This document shows, one piece after another, positions 1 to 10,767 of a DNA stretch of 64,000 bases; position 1 is the stretch's first letter; the number at the start of each line of letters is the position of its first letter. The notes below the pieces were generated by a model. That model was not told the DNA's origin. It searched no databases and worked only from the letters and a program-made list of their open reading frames with translations. Source of the stretch: Cyclobacteriaceae bacterium (GTDB taxonomy: Bacteria; Bacteroidota; Bacteroidia; Cytophagales; Cyclobacteriaceae); the NCBI GenBank assembly GCA_963664285.2, contig CAXXNX010000060.1, positions 14,829-78,828 of the forward strand. Reading direction: 5' to 3'. The translations under genes and the position numbers were made by a program.

Positions 1-56
1 ACTATCCCCATGGCGAACTAAATATTTTTACTGATAACCAGCCCATATTTTCTTTT

Positions 57-2057
57 TTGTTGAATCTCATCGATGATCATCTTTTTCCCATAGCACCTTA
101 TGGTGTGGGAATTATGAATTATTTGAACTTCATATCCATTGTTCTCGCAGCGCAGATAGTGTATGGGATATTGCGGTTTTTCAAGATTTCACCATGGGTA
201 GCGATCATCACCGGAGTATTGGTGGTCTTTTTGTCACCTCAGTTGGAAAGGGCTGTTCCACACATTACACTGAGTTACATGGTATTAATTCCTGCAGCCT
301 GGTTGCTTACCATTAAAATATTGGATGGTAATTTCAGCCTAAAAAACACGGTTTTGATCAACCTGGTAATTTTAGTAGCCACTTTTGTCCATATCTACTA
401 TTTCCTGATGCTGATTATACTCATCTGGTTGATGCTCTTTTTAGATACACTACATTCCAGGCAGTCCTTGAGGCGTAACCTGAATGTTTTCGGAAGTACG
501 TTGATTGTTGCGATCGGGGTAATACTTCTGATTAAATATATTGACCCTATTCCAGACCGGCCTGAACAGCCATGGGGAGTGAGCTATTTCAGATCTTATT
601 TCGTTACAATTTTTTTACCTCAAATACCGCCTTTACTAAATGAATTGCAATCTGTATTCAATTACCGACACCGACCATTTGAGGGTATCTCTTATGTTGG
701 GCTACTGGGTATACCAATGTTGTTGTATTTGGGTTATTGCCTTCTTATCAACTTTAGGAAATACAGAAAGTTTCGGATATTAAACCATAAGCTTCTTGAC
801 ATCAGCATAATTTCGGCATTTGTTGTTTTGCTTTTTGCAATGGGGGTCTTCCATGATAACCTTCCGAACTTCATTTTTGATTTCTTAAAACCTTTGAGGC
901 AGATACGATCGCTTGGACGGTTCTCCTGGATTTTCTACTACATTTTCACGGTCAGTTATGGAGTGGTCATTTGGCATACATATTTAAAATACCAAGAGAA
1001 GAAAAAATCGAAATTGGCCTGGTCAATTCTAATCCTTACCCTGGTTGTATGGGCATATGATACCTATAACAACATTAAATATGTCAGCGCTTTTAGCGTT
1101 CATAGAAATACAATAATTACCGAAAATAATTCTGAAATTCTGGAAATTTTTAACAAGATGGGATATGTGCCTTCTGACTTTCAGGCCATTATGGTCTTAC
1201 CCTATGTTCACGTTGGTTCGGAGAAGATATCAAAGATTCAGCATGGAGAGATAATGAATGTTGCATTTGAGTGGTCATTCAAGACAGGTCTACCCATAAC
1301 AAATGTTTTAATGTCAAGAACGTCATTGAGTCAAACACTCGGAAATATTCAGCTATTGAGTTCAGATAAGATCAGGAAGAAGAACCTAAGAAAAATAAAC
1401 GACAAACCCTTTTTGGTTATCACTAAGCTAAAGATCACTGAGAATTCCGAGATCAGACTATTGTCAAAAGCTCTAAAGATCCACACCTTAGGAGACACTG
1501 AAGTATGGGAGTTACCTATTGAGTCATTTATGGATAATGTAGATAATTATAAGCAGAACTTTCAACGAAATCGGGATTCCTTTCAACAGATACAATCGGG
1601 AATATATTCTGACACCATTCCGGACAACCTTGTCTATTTTTCTTTTGACGATGTGATCAATTTAAATTCGTTTTCCGGCTCTGGAGCATATACAGCAAAA
1701 CCCGATATTGACACCATATCTTTCACATTGCCCAACAATTCAGAAAACCGGGATTATGAACTCGCTTTTTGGATGCGGCTTGACCATCGTGTAACGACCA
1801 CCTCAGTCCCGGAATTTCAAATTCCGGGCGATCACTTTCAGGTAATAAAGTTAAATATTAAGCAGCCAAGTGAGATCTATGGTCATTGGATTCGGGTATC
1901 AACTGTTTTTCGACATCTCGTTTCAGATAAGGAATATCACTTAATCCTTACGGATCAAAAAGAGGTGATTGACGAATTAATAGTAAGACCACTTGACCAG
2001 GATATTTATATTGATAAAGGACATGAGCTATTGCTTAACAACTACATTCTGGATTAG
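57..2057 (+). CDS. polytopic membrane protein, possibly a GT-C/YfhO-like glycosyltransferase
   Basis: 666-aa ORF (TTG start as called, internal ATG at codon 20). The N-terminal ~330 aa is a run of hydrophobic helices and the C-terminal half is soluble. It lies tail-to-tail with a GT2 gene. Confidence 0.6.
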   Translation: MLNLIDDHLFPIAPYGVGIMNYLNFISIVLAAQIVYGILRFFKISPWVAIITGVLVVFLSPQLERAVPHITLSYMVLIPAAWLLTIKILDGNFSLKNTVLINLVILVATFVHIYYFLMLIILIWLMLFLDTLHSRQSLRRNLNVFGSTLIVAIGVILLIKYIDPIPDRPEQPWGVSYFRSYFVTIFLPQIPPLLNELQSVFNYRHRPFEGISYVGLLGIPMLLYLGYCLLINFRKYRKFRILNHKLLDISIISAFVVLLFAMGVFHDNLPNFIFDFLKPLRQIRSLGRFSWIFYYIFTVSYGVVIWHTYLKYQEKKKSKLAWSILILTLVVWAYDTYNNIKYVSAFSVHRNTIITENNSEILEIFNKMGYVPSDFQAIMVLPYVHVGSEKISKIQHGEIMNVAFEWSFKTGLPITNVLMSRTSLSQTLGNIQLLSSDKIRKKNLRKINDKPFLVITKLKITENSEIRLLSKALKIHTLGDTEVWELPIESFMDNVDNYKQNFQRNRDSFQQIQSGIYSDTIPDNLVYFSFDDVINLNSFSGSGAYTAKPDIDTISFTLPNNSENRDYELAFWMRLDHRVTTTSVPEFQIPGDHFQVIKLNIKQPSEIYGHWIRVSTVFRHLVSDKEYHLILTDQKEVIDELIVRPLDQDIYIDKGHELLLNNYILD

Positions 2058-2059
2058 GG

Positions 2060-2758
2060 TTATCGGGGTAGCAAAATACGGAGCAGGTTACCAATTTCTT
2101 TTAACAGCACCCGGGTTCCTAAACTTGAAAATTCGACACCTTCACGTAGGTAGACATTAACCGGAGTAACAATCAGATTCTTATGTATTTGGGCCTTTTG
2201 AATGAGCTCCAGATCAAATAGATAACGGTTAACTTCAGTAGAAAGTAGCATCTTCTTCCCTTCCTTACTAAAACCTTTGATCCCACACTGAGTATCTGTG
2301 ACAGGCCATTGTAGTATGTACTTCAGGAATTTTCTAAAAGACTGAGAGATTAGTTTTCTGAGAAAAGGAACGTTATCGTAGTAGCTCTCGTTCCGATAGC
2401 CAAGCGCCACGTCGCAATTGGATTTGAGAGCCTGCAAGATATTATTAAAGCTCTCCATGGTGTAAGGGAAGTCAATATCCGTGAATATCAAATAGTCATT
2501 ATGAGCTACCGCCGCCCCTTCTCTGATGGCATGTCCCTTGCCTGTATTGATTTCATTGTTGACGAACTTGAATGAACTGATTACTTTTTTAAGAAAAGAT
2601 ATTTCAGTGTTGGTTATATTTTCTGAACCGTCATTAACAAGGATTAAGTTAAAAGATATGTCATTATCTAATTGATTTACGTCACTATACCACTTGGATA
2701 CTACTTTGTGCCAGTTTGGAACGGGATTATAACAAGGCAGAACGAGATCAATAATCAA
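2060..2758 (-). CDS. glycosyltransferase family 2 (polyprenyl-phosphate sugar transferase-like)
   Basis: 232 aa. The N-terminal 'LPCYN...LILVNDGS' and 'FTDIDFPY' motifs are typical of GT2 (DxD-type). Confidence 0.8.
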   Translation of the reverse strand: MIIDLVLPCYNPVPNWHKVVSKWYSDVNQLDNDISFNLILVNDGSENITNTEISFLKKVISSFKFVNNEINTGKGHAIREGAAVAHNDYLIFTDIDFPYTMESFNNILQALKSNCDVALGYRNESYYDNVPFLRKLISQSFRKFLKYILQWPVTDTQCGIKGFSKEGKKMLLSTEVNRYLFDLELIQKAQIHKNLIVTPVNVYLREGVEFSSLGTRVLLKEIGNLLRILLPR

Positions 2759-2833
2759 AACGGAATTGTGCTAAGGGATGATAAAAAAACAGATGCAACA
2801 ATAGCATAATTTCCGAAAGGAAGAAAAACAGGA

Positions 2834-3368
2834 TTAACGATCTGCCCCTGGCTGCCAGGTCATGTCATCAAAATAGTAGACATCCTCATGCAGTCCCCCC
2901 CACATCAAAGCTTATTGCAATACGTTTGTATTTATATGGTGCTTTCTTTATCGAAACACTAAGCTCATCCCATTGATTAATTACATCAATGCCAACATAT
3001 ATCTCCGAAGAAGGTATTATTCCTCCTTTCACCTCAAATTTTATTTTGATCAAACCGCCTCTAGTGGGGGCCAACACTTTTAATCGTATAATTCCTCCAT
3101 TACTGAAATCCAAGGTCATTGGTAAATCAGCAGCTACACCGGAATCGTCATGTGATTGACCAACATTTTTGACCACTTTGCCTACCAGTAGACTGAGGTT
3201 ATCATCACTTACCATTGGATTCTCAACCAACTCGTAAGTTGTTCCGATCGACTCAAACATGGGAAGAGTATTTGCAGTCTCGAAATCAAAAACCACATAC
3301 CTCTCGTGAGACTTTTCGGAGATAAAAGTCAGAGAAGAAAACAAAATAGCTATGAAGAACAGTTTCAT
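2834..3368 (-). pseudogene. secreted CBM-like protein, frameshifted in a G7/C7 run
   Basis: The 160-aa ORF has a signal peptide and stops right after the C7 run at 2895-2901. The next frame continues '...LHEDVYYFDDMTWQPGADR*', which looks like a natural C-terminus. Confidence 0.5.
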
Positions 3369-3547
3369 CTCAGTTCTTTGGTACCATACAGTTCAATTAA
3401 CATGCCAAGAACAAAATTAGTATTTAAAAATAAAATAAAAATAATCAGTGGTTTTTATGTCGTTGTACCAGCCTGTATCCCACTGCAGGAGCTTCCGGGA
3501 TATTTCAAGTATGTCAAATTGGAGGTAAATCGCATACAAAACGCCTA

Positions 3548-3784
3548 ATGATTCCAAGCATCAAAGTTACTTCATATTTATTTTACCTATTCTCCATGGC
3601 AATAGGGTCAGTGATAGTATATGTGCGCTTTAGATACCTGGATATTCCCTTCGAGCGTGACGAAGGGGAATACGTTTACGGTGCCCAGTTATTGCTTTCC
3701 GGTAAACCACTTTATAGCAACGTTTACAGTTTGAAATGGCCCGGTATTTTCATTGCTTTTTTTGAGAATCATCCTTTAGCCTAA
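3548..3784 (+). pseudogene. ArnT/GT39-like glycosyltransferase, N-terminal fragment only
   Basis: 78 aa. 'FERDEGEYVYGAQLLLSGKPLY' resembles the first loop of GT-C (ArnT/PMT) enzymes. The ORF ends after ~78 aa and the rest is absent ahead of IS copy A. Confidence 0.45.
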
Positions 3785-3895
3785 TCAATATGTGACGAAT
3801 GGATGGACGAAATAAGAGTTGATCCTCGAGAGTAACCTAGATCAATAAGGAGAATGAGATGTTTAAAAAGATATGGGGCTTTAGTAAGATCTTCA

Positions 3896-5527
3896 TTAAC
3901 CCGCATTATTCATAGGCCACCAATTTTGGGATTAATAATGGGTTGCTAACTATTTTTGATTGGAGTGTATGTATTAATTTGAAGATCAACCAGGTTTCTG
4001 GATTTCAAAGGACATTAGAGCGTTTTTTTTGTTAGAATTTTTCAATTTTCAGTCAAAGCTCTATTGTGTTCTTATGGAAGAACATTTTTTTGATTAAATC
4101 TAAACTGTTTAACTGATCGGTCAGTTCACCGTAAGCAAATCGCCCAGCAGGTATTGATATCTAAAGGCTCTTGAGAATTGTATTGTCAATGATCTTTTCC
4201 TTTCTTTCAGGCACGCCCCAACCTTCATCCAGGTAAAGCCGGATATTGTCCACTTGCCATCGTTTAGCAAAGTGGTGTTTTGTTTTGGCAATTAATAATT
4301 TAATCTGCCGGAACATTTCATAACAGAGGGTAGCGATGATTAAACGCATGAAATTGGCCCAGTAGCGATGACAGGAAAGCCGGTCGGAATAAGTCATGTT
4401 TTTGAGTTCCTTTATTCGATTTTCACTGGCATCACCTCGCTTGACATAAAAATCAAAGTAAATCTGTTGAGCGGTCATCGCTTCAAAGTTGCTCACAAAG
4501 TAACGGACATTCATTCCTTTTCCGGTAGACTCCACTTTGGCGTACAGCTTTTCAGAACGATCCCAGCTTTTGGCCTGGTAAGTAAACGGGCCAACAAACT
4601 CTTGATGTTTGATGATTTTTGAAGCATATTCCTTTTTTACTTCAATGATAGTCTGTTTGGTAAAAGTCTTTAAAACTTCATTACTACTAATACCTAAACA
4701 AAATTGAAGGTCAAACTGCTTAGCTATCCGATAAAAAGATGCTCCTGAAAAGCCACTATCCGCTCGAATAAGGATCTTTACTGAGGGCAGTTTTTTTCTG
4801 ATTTTAATGACAATCCTTTTCAATAAGGCCACAAACCATTTGTTGGAGTGACAATTGCCCGGACGTAGTACTGGTAAAATGACCTGACCGGTGTTCCCGT
4901 CCTTAAAGAACAACTCATGGTACATAGTCTGTCCATAATAGCCATTATACAAACTGAGTTGTTGGGATCCATGAGTAGGGTCATCGGTACCATCTACATC
5001 AATGATGATTTGACCAGTCTTCTCTTTCAACTCCTCTACATAACGGTCTACAAACCATTGACTCATCTGGTAGATCAGACTCCGATCGGCCTTGTTTTCA
5101 AATCGACTTAAAGTAGGCTGGGAACATAATCCGCTATCTAGTACTTTACGGATCACCGGATCCTCTCGGAGTTTTTGTTCGTCATTGCAATCCTGACAGC
5201 CCTGCATCATTAAAAACACCCGTTGGCGAAGCATTTCTTCATAAGTGTATTCGATAAAAAAGGGGTTTCGATAGTCAGGAATCAGTGCGGCGAAGCTTTT
5301 TAATAGACCAGTCTTTCTCTCTACTTTTTCACTTAACAATATCGCTCCGTCTGAGCTAATCGCTGATGCTGAAAAATCAAATTTAAAAGCTTGTTTTCCT
5401 CGATAAAATACGGTATCTTTTTCCTTATATTCAGGCATAAATTAATTGCTTATTTTGTTGTCTAACTATCTCAATATAAGCAATTTATGCCTATTTTTTA
5501 TTGTCTACTATGAATTTTTCGGGTTAA
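3896..5527 (-). mobile_element. IS1380-family-like IS, copy A (TTAA-flanked)
   Basis: TTAA|CCCGCATTATTCATAGG... at 3896 and ...CTATGAATTTTTCGGG|TTAA at 5527. Near-identical to copies B-J, with small indels (8 T instead of 7 at ~4023, extra C at ~4230, extra T at ~4090). Confidence 0.9.
4161..5438 (-). pseudogene. IS transposase, copy A, C-terminal frameshift
   Basis: The 425-aa ORF diverges from the 438-aa consensus after '...DNIRLYL' because of one extra C (catcCagg at ~4230). It also has a Y->C change (MQGCQD). Confidence 0.8.
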
Positions 5528-5879
5528 GTAGCACGGCTATCAAAAAGTGGGAATAGTTGATATTCCGATTGGTAATGGTTCCGTCAGATGGGGATGGCTT
5601 GCGGGAGATGAGGCCATGACGAATAATTTCATTTACGTTTATAAAAGGAACCTTTTGGCCCTGGCATTTGGTGAAAATGTGGAGAGGACTGATAGAACGG
5701 TAGCAAGACCACCTCCCGTCCTTTATAGTCAGAATAGACCCGGTTGTTTTCAAGGTCAAGGCTCAGATATTGATCAGCTTCTTTTGTTCTCGCCAGTGTA
5801 AAATCACCTAAAAGTATGAGCTTACATTGAAAGATAATGTAAGTTCAAGTAATAAATAAATGCTAACAAAAAATCTATA

Positions 5880-6283
5880 ATGATGAAAAGAGTAACTGGA
5901 ATTGGTGGAGTGTTTTTCAAGGTCAAAGACCCCCAGGCTATGCGTGACTGGTATGGTAAACACTTGGGTATACCTCATATGAGTGATATGGAGGCAGCTT
6001 TGAATGGCGACAAAAAGAAAACCCGGATGAGTTGGGTCATACTGCATGGAGCGTAATGGACGAGAAAAGTGAGTATTACAAACCCAGTAACTCAAAATTT
6101 ATGATCAATTACAGGGTCAAAGACCTTGAAGGTCTCCTAAAAGCTTTAAAAGAAGAAGGCGTAGAAACTGTGGGTGAGGTAGAATCATTCGACTATGGCA
6201 AATTTGGCTGGATCCTTGATCCAGAAGGGAATAAGATTGAGTTGTGGGAACCGAATGATGCGGTCTATAGTAAGATGCTCTAG
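5880..6283 (+). pseudogene. VOC/glyoxalase-family protein, frameshifted
   Basis: 'MMKRVTGIGGVFFKVKDPQAMRDWYGKHLGIP' reads in one frame from ATG 5880. 'YGGSFEWRQKENPDELGHTAWSV...GKFGWILDPEGNKIELWEP' continues in another frame. The shift is near 5980. Confidence 0.65.
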
Positions 6284-6292
6284 ACTTGAAGA

Positions 6293-6590
6293 GGCCGTCT
6301 CAAAGTTTAAAATACGATAGCTGTCATGTTGAGCCCACCTGCAGGTAGACCAAAGCTGTCCTGTTAAAAAGCATTTTGGCCATTGCGCACCCTTTTTTCC
6401 CTAAAGGGACCCCCTCTCACTTACGAGGTGCGGTGGATTGCCCCTTTAGAGGTTAGTTTGGAGTGGAAAGGAATCCTTAACCTTAAGGCTATGCTTGGCT
6501 AAGACAGGCATGTCTGAATATGGTCCGATTAATGGGTTTCGACAGGCTCGACTTCACAATCAGAGTTTTTGAGACGGTCAATTTCTTTTT
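6293..6590. repeat. intergenic palindromic (REP-like) element bracketed by a 10-bp inverted repeat
   Basis: CCGTCTCAAA (6295-6304) pairs with TTTGAGACGG (6568-6577). Inside are GTCATGTTGAGCC (6323) and its inverted relative GGTTTCGACAGGCTC (6535). The same 15-mer recurs at 38281. Confidence 0.6.
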
Positions 6591-7199
6591 ATCTTGACAT
6601 CCATTCTGATAATGGATGGAGAGTACTGCCATTTACGATCGTATTATAGAATACCTAACGAAGGGGGGAGAGATATTTACCCAGCCATTATTTACACTCG
6701 GCACAAGCGAAATTAGCCTAAGCACCGTACTTTATTTCTTTCTGGCTTTTATTATTTTATTTTTTGTAGCAAGTAAGATCAAGAAATTTCTTACCAGAAA
6801 AGTTCTTGTAAAAGCACAAATCATTTTAGGTCTGAGGGAATCGATCGGAATGATCACCAAGTTTGTGATCATTATAATAGGATCGACCGTCGTCATTCAA
6901 TCTGCCGGGATTGATCTCAGTACACTAAGTATATTGGCAGGTGCGCTGGGTGTAGGTATTGGTTTTGGCCTTCAAAACATTACCAACAAATCTTGTTTCT
7001 GGTATTATTATTTTATTTGAAAACCCAATCAAAGTAGGAGATCGAATAGAGGTGGGCGACATCAGTGGTGATGTGGTAAACATATCGGTAAGAGCAACCA
7101 CAATCCTTACTAATGATAATATTTCAATCATTGTGCCTAATTCAGAATTTATTTCCAGCACTGGAATCAACTGGAGCCACAATGATCGTAATATCCGAT

Positions 7200-8828
7200 T
7201 TAACCCGAAAAATTCATAGTAGACAATAAAAAACAGGCATAAATTGCTTATATTGAGATAGTTAGACAACAAAATAAGCAATTAATTTATGCCTGAATAT
7301 AAGGAAAAAGATACCGTATTTTATCGAGGAAAACAAGCTTTTAAATTTGATTTTTCAGCATCAGCGATTAGCTCAGACGGAGCGATATTGTTAAGTGAAA
7401 AAGTAGAGAGAAAGACTGGTCTATTAAAAAGCTTCGCCGCACTGATTCCTGACTATCGAAACCCCTTTTTTATCGAATACACTTATGAAGAAATGCTTCG
7501 CCAACGGGTGTTTTTAATGATGCAGGGCTATCAGGATTGCAATGACGAACAAAAACTCCGAGAGGATCCGGTGATCCGTAAAGTACTAGATAGCGGATTA
7601 TGTTCCCAGCCTACTTTAAGTCGATTTGAAAACAAGGCCGATCGGAGTCTGATCTACCAGATGAGTTAATGGTTTGTAGACCGTTATGTAGAGGAGTTGA
7701 AAGAGAAGACTGGTCAAATCATCATTGATGTAGATGGTACCGATGACCCTACTCATGGATCCCAACAACTCAGTTTGTATAATGGCTATTATAGACAGAC
7801 TATGTACCATGAGTTGTTCTTTAAGGACGGGAACACCGGTCAGGTCATTTTACCAGTACTACGTCCGGGCAATTGTCACTCCAACAAATGGTTTGTGGCC
7901 TTATTGAAAAGGATTGTCATTAAAATCAGAAAAAAACTGCCCTCAGTAAAGATCCTTATTCGAGCGGATAGTGGCTTTTCAGGAGCATCTTTTTATCGGA
8001 TAGCTAAGCAGTTTGACCTTCAATTTTGTTTAGGTATTAGTAGTAATGAAGTTTTAAAGACTTTTACCAAACAGACTATCATTGAAGTAAAAAAGGAATA
8101 TGCTTCAAAAATCATCAAACATCAAGAGTTTGTTGGCCCGTTTACTTACCAGGCCAAAAGCTGGGATCGTTCTGAAAAGCTGTACGCCAAAGTGGAGTCT
8201 ACCGGAAAAGGAATGAATGTCCGTTACTTTGTGAGCAACTTTGAAGCGATGACCGCTCAACAGATTTACTTTGATTTTTATGTCAAGCGAGGTGATGCCA
8301 GTGAAAATCGAATAAAGGAACTCAAAAACATGACTTATTCCGACCGGCTTTCCTGTCATCGCTACTGGGCCAATTTTATGCGTTTAATCATCGCTACCCT
8401 CTGTTATGAAATGTTCCGGCAGATTAAATTATTAATTGCCAAAACAAAACACCACTTTGCTAAACGATGGCAAGTGGACAATATCCGGCTTTACCTGATG
8501 AAGGTTGGGGCGTGCCTGAAAGAAAGGAAAAGATCATTGACAATACAATTCTCAAGAGCCTTTAGATATCAATACCTGCTGGGCGATTTGCTTACGGTGA
8601 ACTGACCGATCAGTTAAACAGTTTGATTTAATCAAAAAAATGTTCTTCCATAAGAACACAATAGAGCTTTGACTGAAAATTGAAAAATTCTAACAAAAAA
8701 ACGCTCTAATGTCCTTTGAAATCCAGAAACCTGGTTGATCTTCAAATTAATACATACACTCCAATCAAAAATAGTTAGCAACCCATTATTAATCCCAAAA
8801 TTGGTGGCCTATGAATAATGCGGGTTAA
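7200..8828 (+). mobile_element. IS1380-family-like IS, copy B (simple insertion in mscS)
   Basis: TTAA at 7200-7203 and 8825-8828. The IS proper is 7204-8824 (1,621 bp). Confidence 0.95.
7289..8605 (+). pseudogene. IS transposase, copy B, nonsense mutation
   Basis: The CAA->TAA stop at 7667-7669 (consensus ...YQMSQWF...) splits the ORF into 126 + 302 aa. There is also a G->R change (YYRQTMY). Confidence 0.85.
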
Positions 8829-9142
8829 CATTCTTGTAGGAGTTAGTTACGACGAGGATCCCAAACAGATAGAAGAATTACTAATTGAAGTGGCTGATGA
8901 AAATGTGAACGTTTTGGAGGATCCGGAGCCTACGGTATTCTTTGAGGAATTTGGCGACAGTTCCTTGAATTTCACCTTATTGGTATGGACAAAAACATGT
9001 ACGGATCGTCCACGCAGATTGACTAGTGAATTGAATTTCGCAATTTTCGAGAAATTCAAGCAGCATAATATCGAAATTCCTTTCCCACAACGAGATTTAC
9101 ATATTAAGTCACAACCTGAAGTAGTAGCTGAAAAGAAGTAAT

Positions 9143-9784
9143 CTATTCATTCAACCACCTGTTAAGTAGGGTAGGATCTAGGGAGTGTTTTCCAGGATAG
9201 AATTTAACCTCAATGCTTCGTTCAAACGTTTTTTCTAAATATTCAATGTTAATTTTGTAGTTCTTTTCATTATAGTATTGATCATTCTCTCCTAAAGCCA
9301 CAATCAGCTTATAATCTTTCTTTAAAAAACTAACATCTTTACCAGGAAGCTCTGGAGGAAAACCACCAGCCCAAAGCACTAAGTTGTCGAAAGGGAGCTG
9401 AAGGTGAAACAACAGCCTGGTAATTGCCGAAACACCCTGGCTAAAACCTAATAGGTTTACTTTGACGTTGGAAAGGTCTAAATCACCATAAACGGTGTCA
9501 AAAACACGTTGATAATAAGTGAGTTGATTTTCCAGATCAACTTCGCGGTCATGTTTGGTCATCCAGGAGGCGCCTACGCGCTCGGGTGTGAAGTAAAATT
9601 TATGCAGCCCTTGTAAAACAATCCCAAAATGTCCTTGTTTTTCAAAAACATCAAACTTTCTAATAAAGTACTCCGCTAATTGACCGTAGCCGTGGCAAGC
9701 GATCCAGATAGCTGGAGTGTTCTCGGTAAGCTTCCCGAAAGTATAGTAAGGTGCTTTGAAATCAATTTGAAGATGTTTTAACAT
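9143..9784 (-). CDS. alpha/beta hydrolase (esterase-like)
   Basis: 213 aa with a GFSQG nucleophile-elbow motif and carboxylesterase/phospholipase-like layout. Confidence 0.7.
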   Translation of the reverse strand: MLKHLQIDFKAPYYTFGKLTENTPAIWIACHGYGQLAEYFIRKFDVFEKQGHFGIVLQGLHKFYFTPERVGASWMTKHDREVDLENQLTYYQRVFDTVYGDLDLSNVKVNLLGFSQGVSAITRLLFHLQLPFDNLVLWAGGFPPELPGKDVSFLKKDYKLIVALGENDQYYNEKNYKINIEYLEKTFERSIEVKFYPGKHSLDPTLLNRWLNE

Positions 9785-9811
9785 TCCCTTTGAAATAGCA
9801 TGCGAAGATAG

Positions 9812-10645
9812 TCAAGGTGAAATACGGTCTGAATTTTTGACACAAATTATCCTGTTAGCGAAAATTGAAAATGCCACTTGTTCATTGGCAATTGGCTGGA
9901 GATCAAGATCTAAAAAGTGGTAGCCGTAATCTTTCAATGTGTTAGCTATTGAATCTGGCGTATGGCTGTACCGCTTAATCCATTCGCCATGTAATTCCAA
10001 AAAGATGATAGGATCACTTTTACTTAAAAAGTTGTGCCCACCACGGATCACGGGGCCTTCATAGCCATCTACATCTATCTTGATGATGTCTGGCTTAACC
10101 TCGTTTGACTCAACAAATTGGTCCAACGTAATCATTTCGACCTGAATGGGATGTTGTTTAGGGCTATTATGGTTAGCGATGAGGTGGATCCACTCATAGT
10201 GCATATCTAATTGGCCCTGCTCGGGTCCTAAGGCAAGATTTATCGGTATGATGTCTTTATCAGGATTGAGCTTTCGATTTAGCTCAAGCACTTTGAAACA
10301 CTTGGGAGACGGTTCGATTGCAAAAGCTTTACCGTTCTGATTGAGAGCTGTAAATGTGAGTGAAAATATTCCGTACAAACTTCCAATATCGAGAAAACAA
10401 TTTTTGCCTCTCACCAGCTGCACGAAACGCTCAATCTCCAATCTCATGTCAGGATCATTGTCAGTAAACATTTGAAAAGCTCGTTTTGCAGCAATGTCAA
10501 TGGGAAAGGAAATGTCATTGGTAAGCTGGAAATCCTTTGAGCCTCTACCAAGTTGACGGAGGAAATTCCGTCTTTGCTCTTGTATTGAAGCGGCAATGTG
10601 ATGGAGTCCGATGGTTTTTGAGATTTTTTTAAAAGATTTCCTCAT
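9812..10645 (-). CDS. FkbM-family methyltransferase
   Basis: 277 aa. 'FLDIGSLYGIFS' is a SAM-binding motif and '...IIKIDVDGYEGPVIRG' is typical of FkbM methyltransferases. Confidence 0.75.
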   Translation of the reverse strand: MRKSFKKISKTIGLHHIAASIQEQRRNFLRQLGRGSKDFQLTNDISFPIDIAAKRAFQMFTDNDPDMRLEIERFVQLVRGKNCFLDIGSLYGIFSLTFTALNQNGKAFAIEPSPKCFKVLELNRKLNPDKDIIPINLALGPEQGQLDMHYEWIHLIANHNSPKQHPIQVEMITLDQFVESNEVKPDIIKIDVDGYEGPVIRGGHNFLSKSDPIIFLELHGEWIKRYSHTPDSIANTLKDYGYHFLDLDLQPIANEQVAFSIFANRIICVKNSDRISP

Positions 10646-10767
10646 ATTCTGCCAATGATGGACCGCAGCGTACAGAACTGCCCGTTAACGATCAATCACG
10701 CACATTCAATTACATTTTAATTATCTGATAATCAGTTAATTATTTCTGGTATTTAAATTGATCTGTT

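Larger units (their letters stand above)
6616..9141 (+). pseudogene. MscS-family mechanosensitive channel, frameshifted and split by IS copy B
   Basis: The frameshift is at 'aacaaatctt' (~6990). The reading frame '...NIRF|NILVGVSYDED...' is restored exactly when 7204-8828 is removed. Confidence 0.85.

Noticed and set aside
3306-3548. An 80-aa ORF between the CBM-like gene and the ArnT-like stub.
   Set aside because: It overlaps the 5' end of the minus-strand gene, has no motifs, and its composition looks like translated non-coding AT-rich DNA.
4368-4622. An 84-aa ORF (MTGKPVGISHVF...) and a 64-aa ORF (MVHSLSIIAIIQ...) recur antisense inside every IS copy.
   Set aside because: They lie entirely opposite the transposase coding sequence, have low-complexity unremarkable composition and no start context. 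They recur only because the IS recurs, so they are most likely antisense ORF-caller artefacts.
5528-5815. Possible minus-strand gene remnant abutting IS copy A ('...GDFTLARTKEADQYLSLDLENNRVYSDYKGREVV...').
   Set aside because: It reads plausibly for ~70 codons, but it has no start, needs a frame switch, and I cannot assign a family. That is too weak to call as a feature.
5808-6095. A 95-aa minus-strand ORF spans the start of the VOC gene.
   Set aside because: It overlaps the well-supported (though frameshifted) VOC coding sequence on the opposite strand, and its sequence is not protein-like.
10700-10767. Small palindrome CTGATAATCAG and AT-rich symmetry upstream of the RND remnant.
   Set aside because: The arms are only 5 bp, as expected by chance in AT-rich spacers, and the downstream gene is only a remnant.
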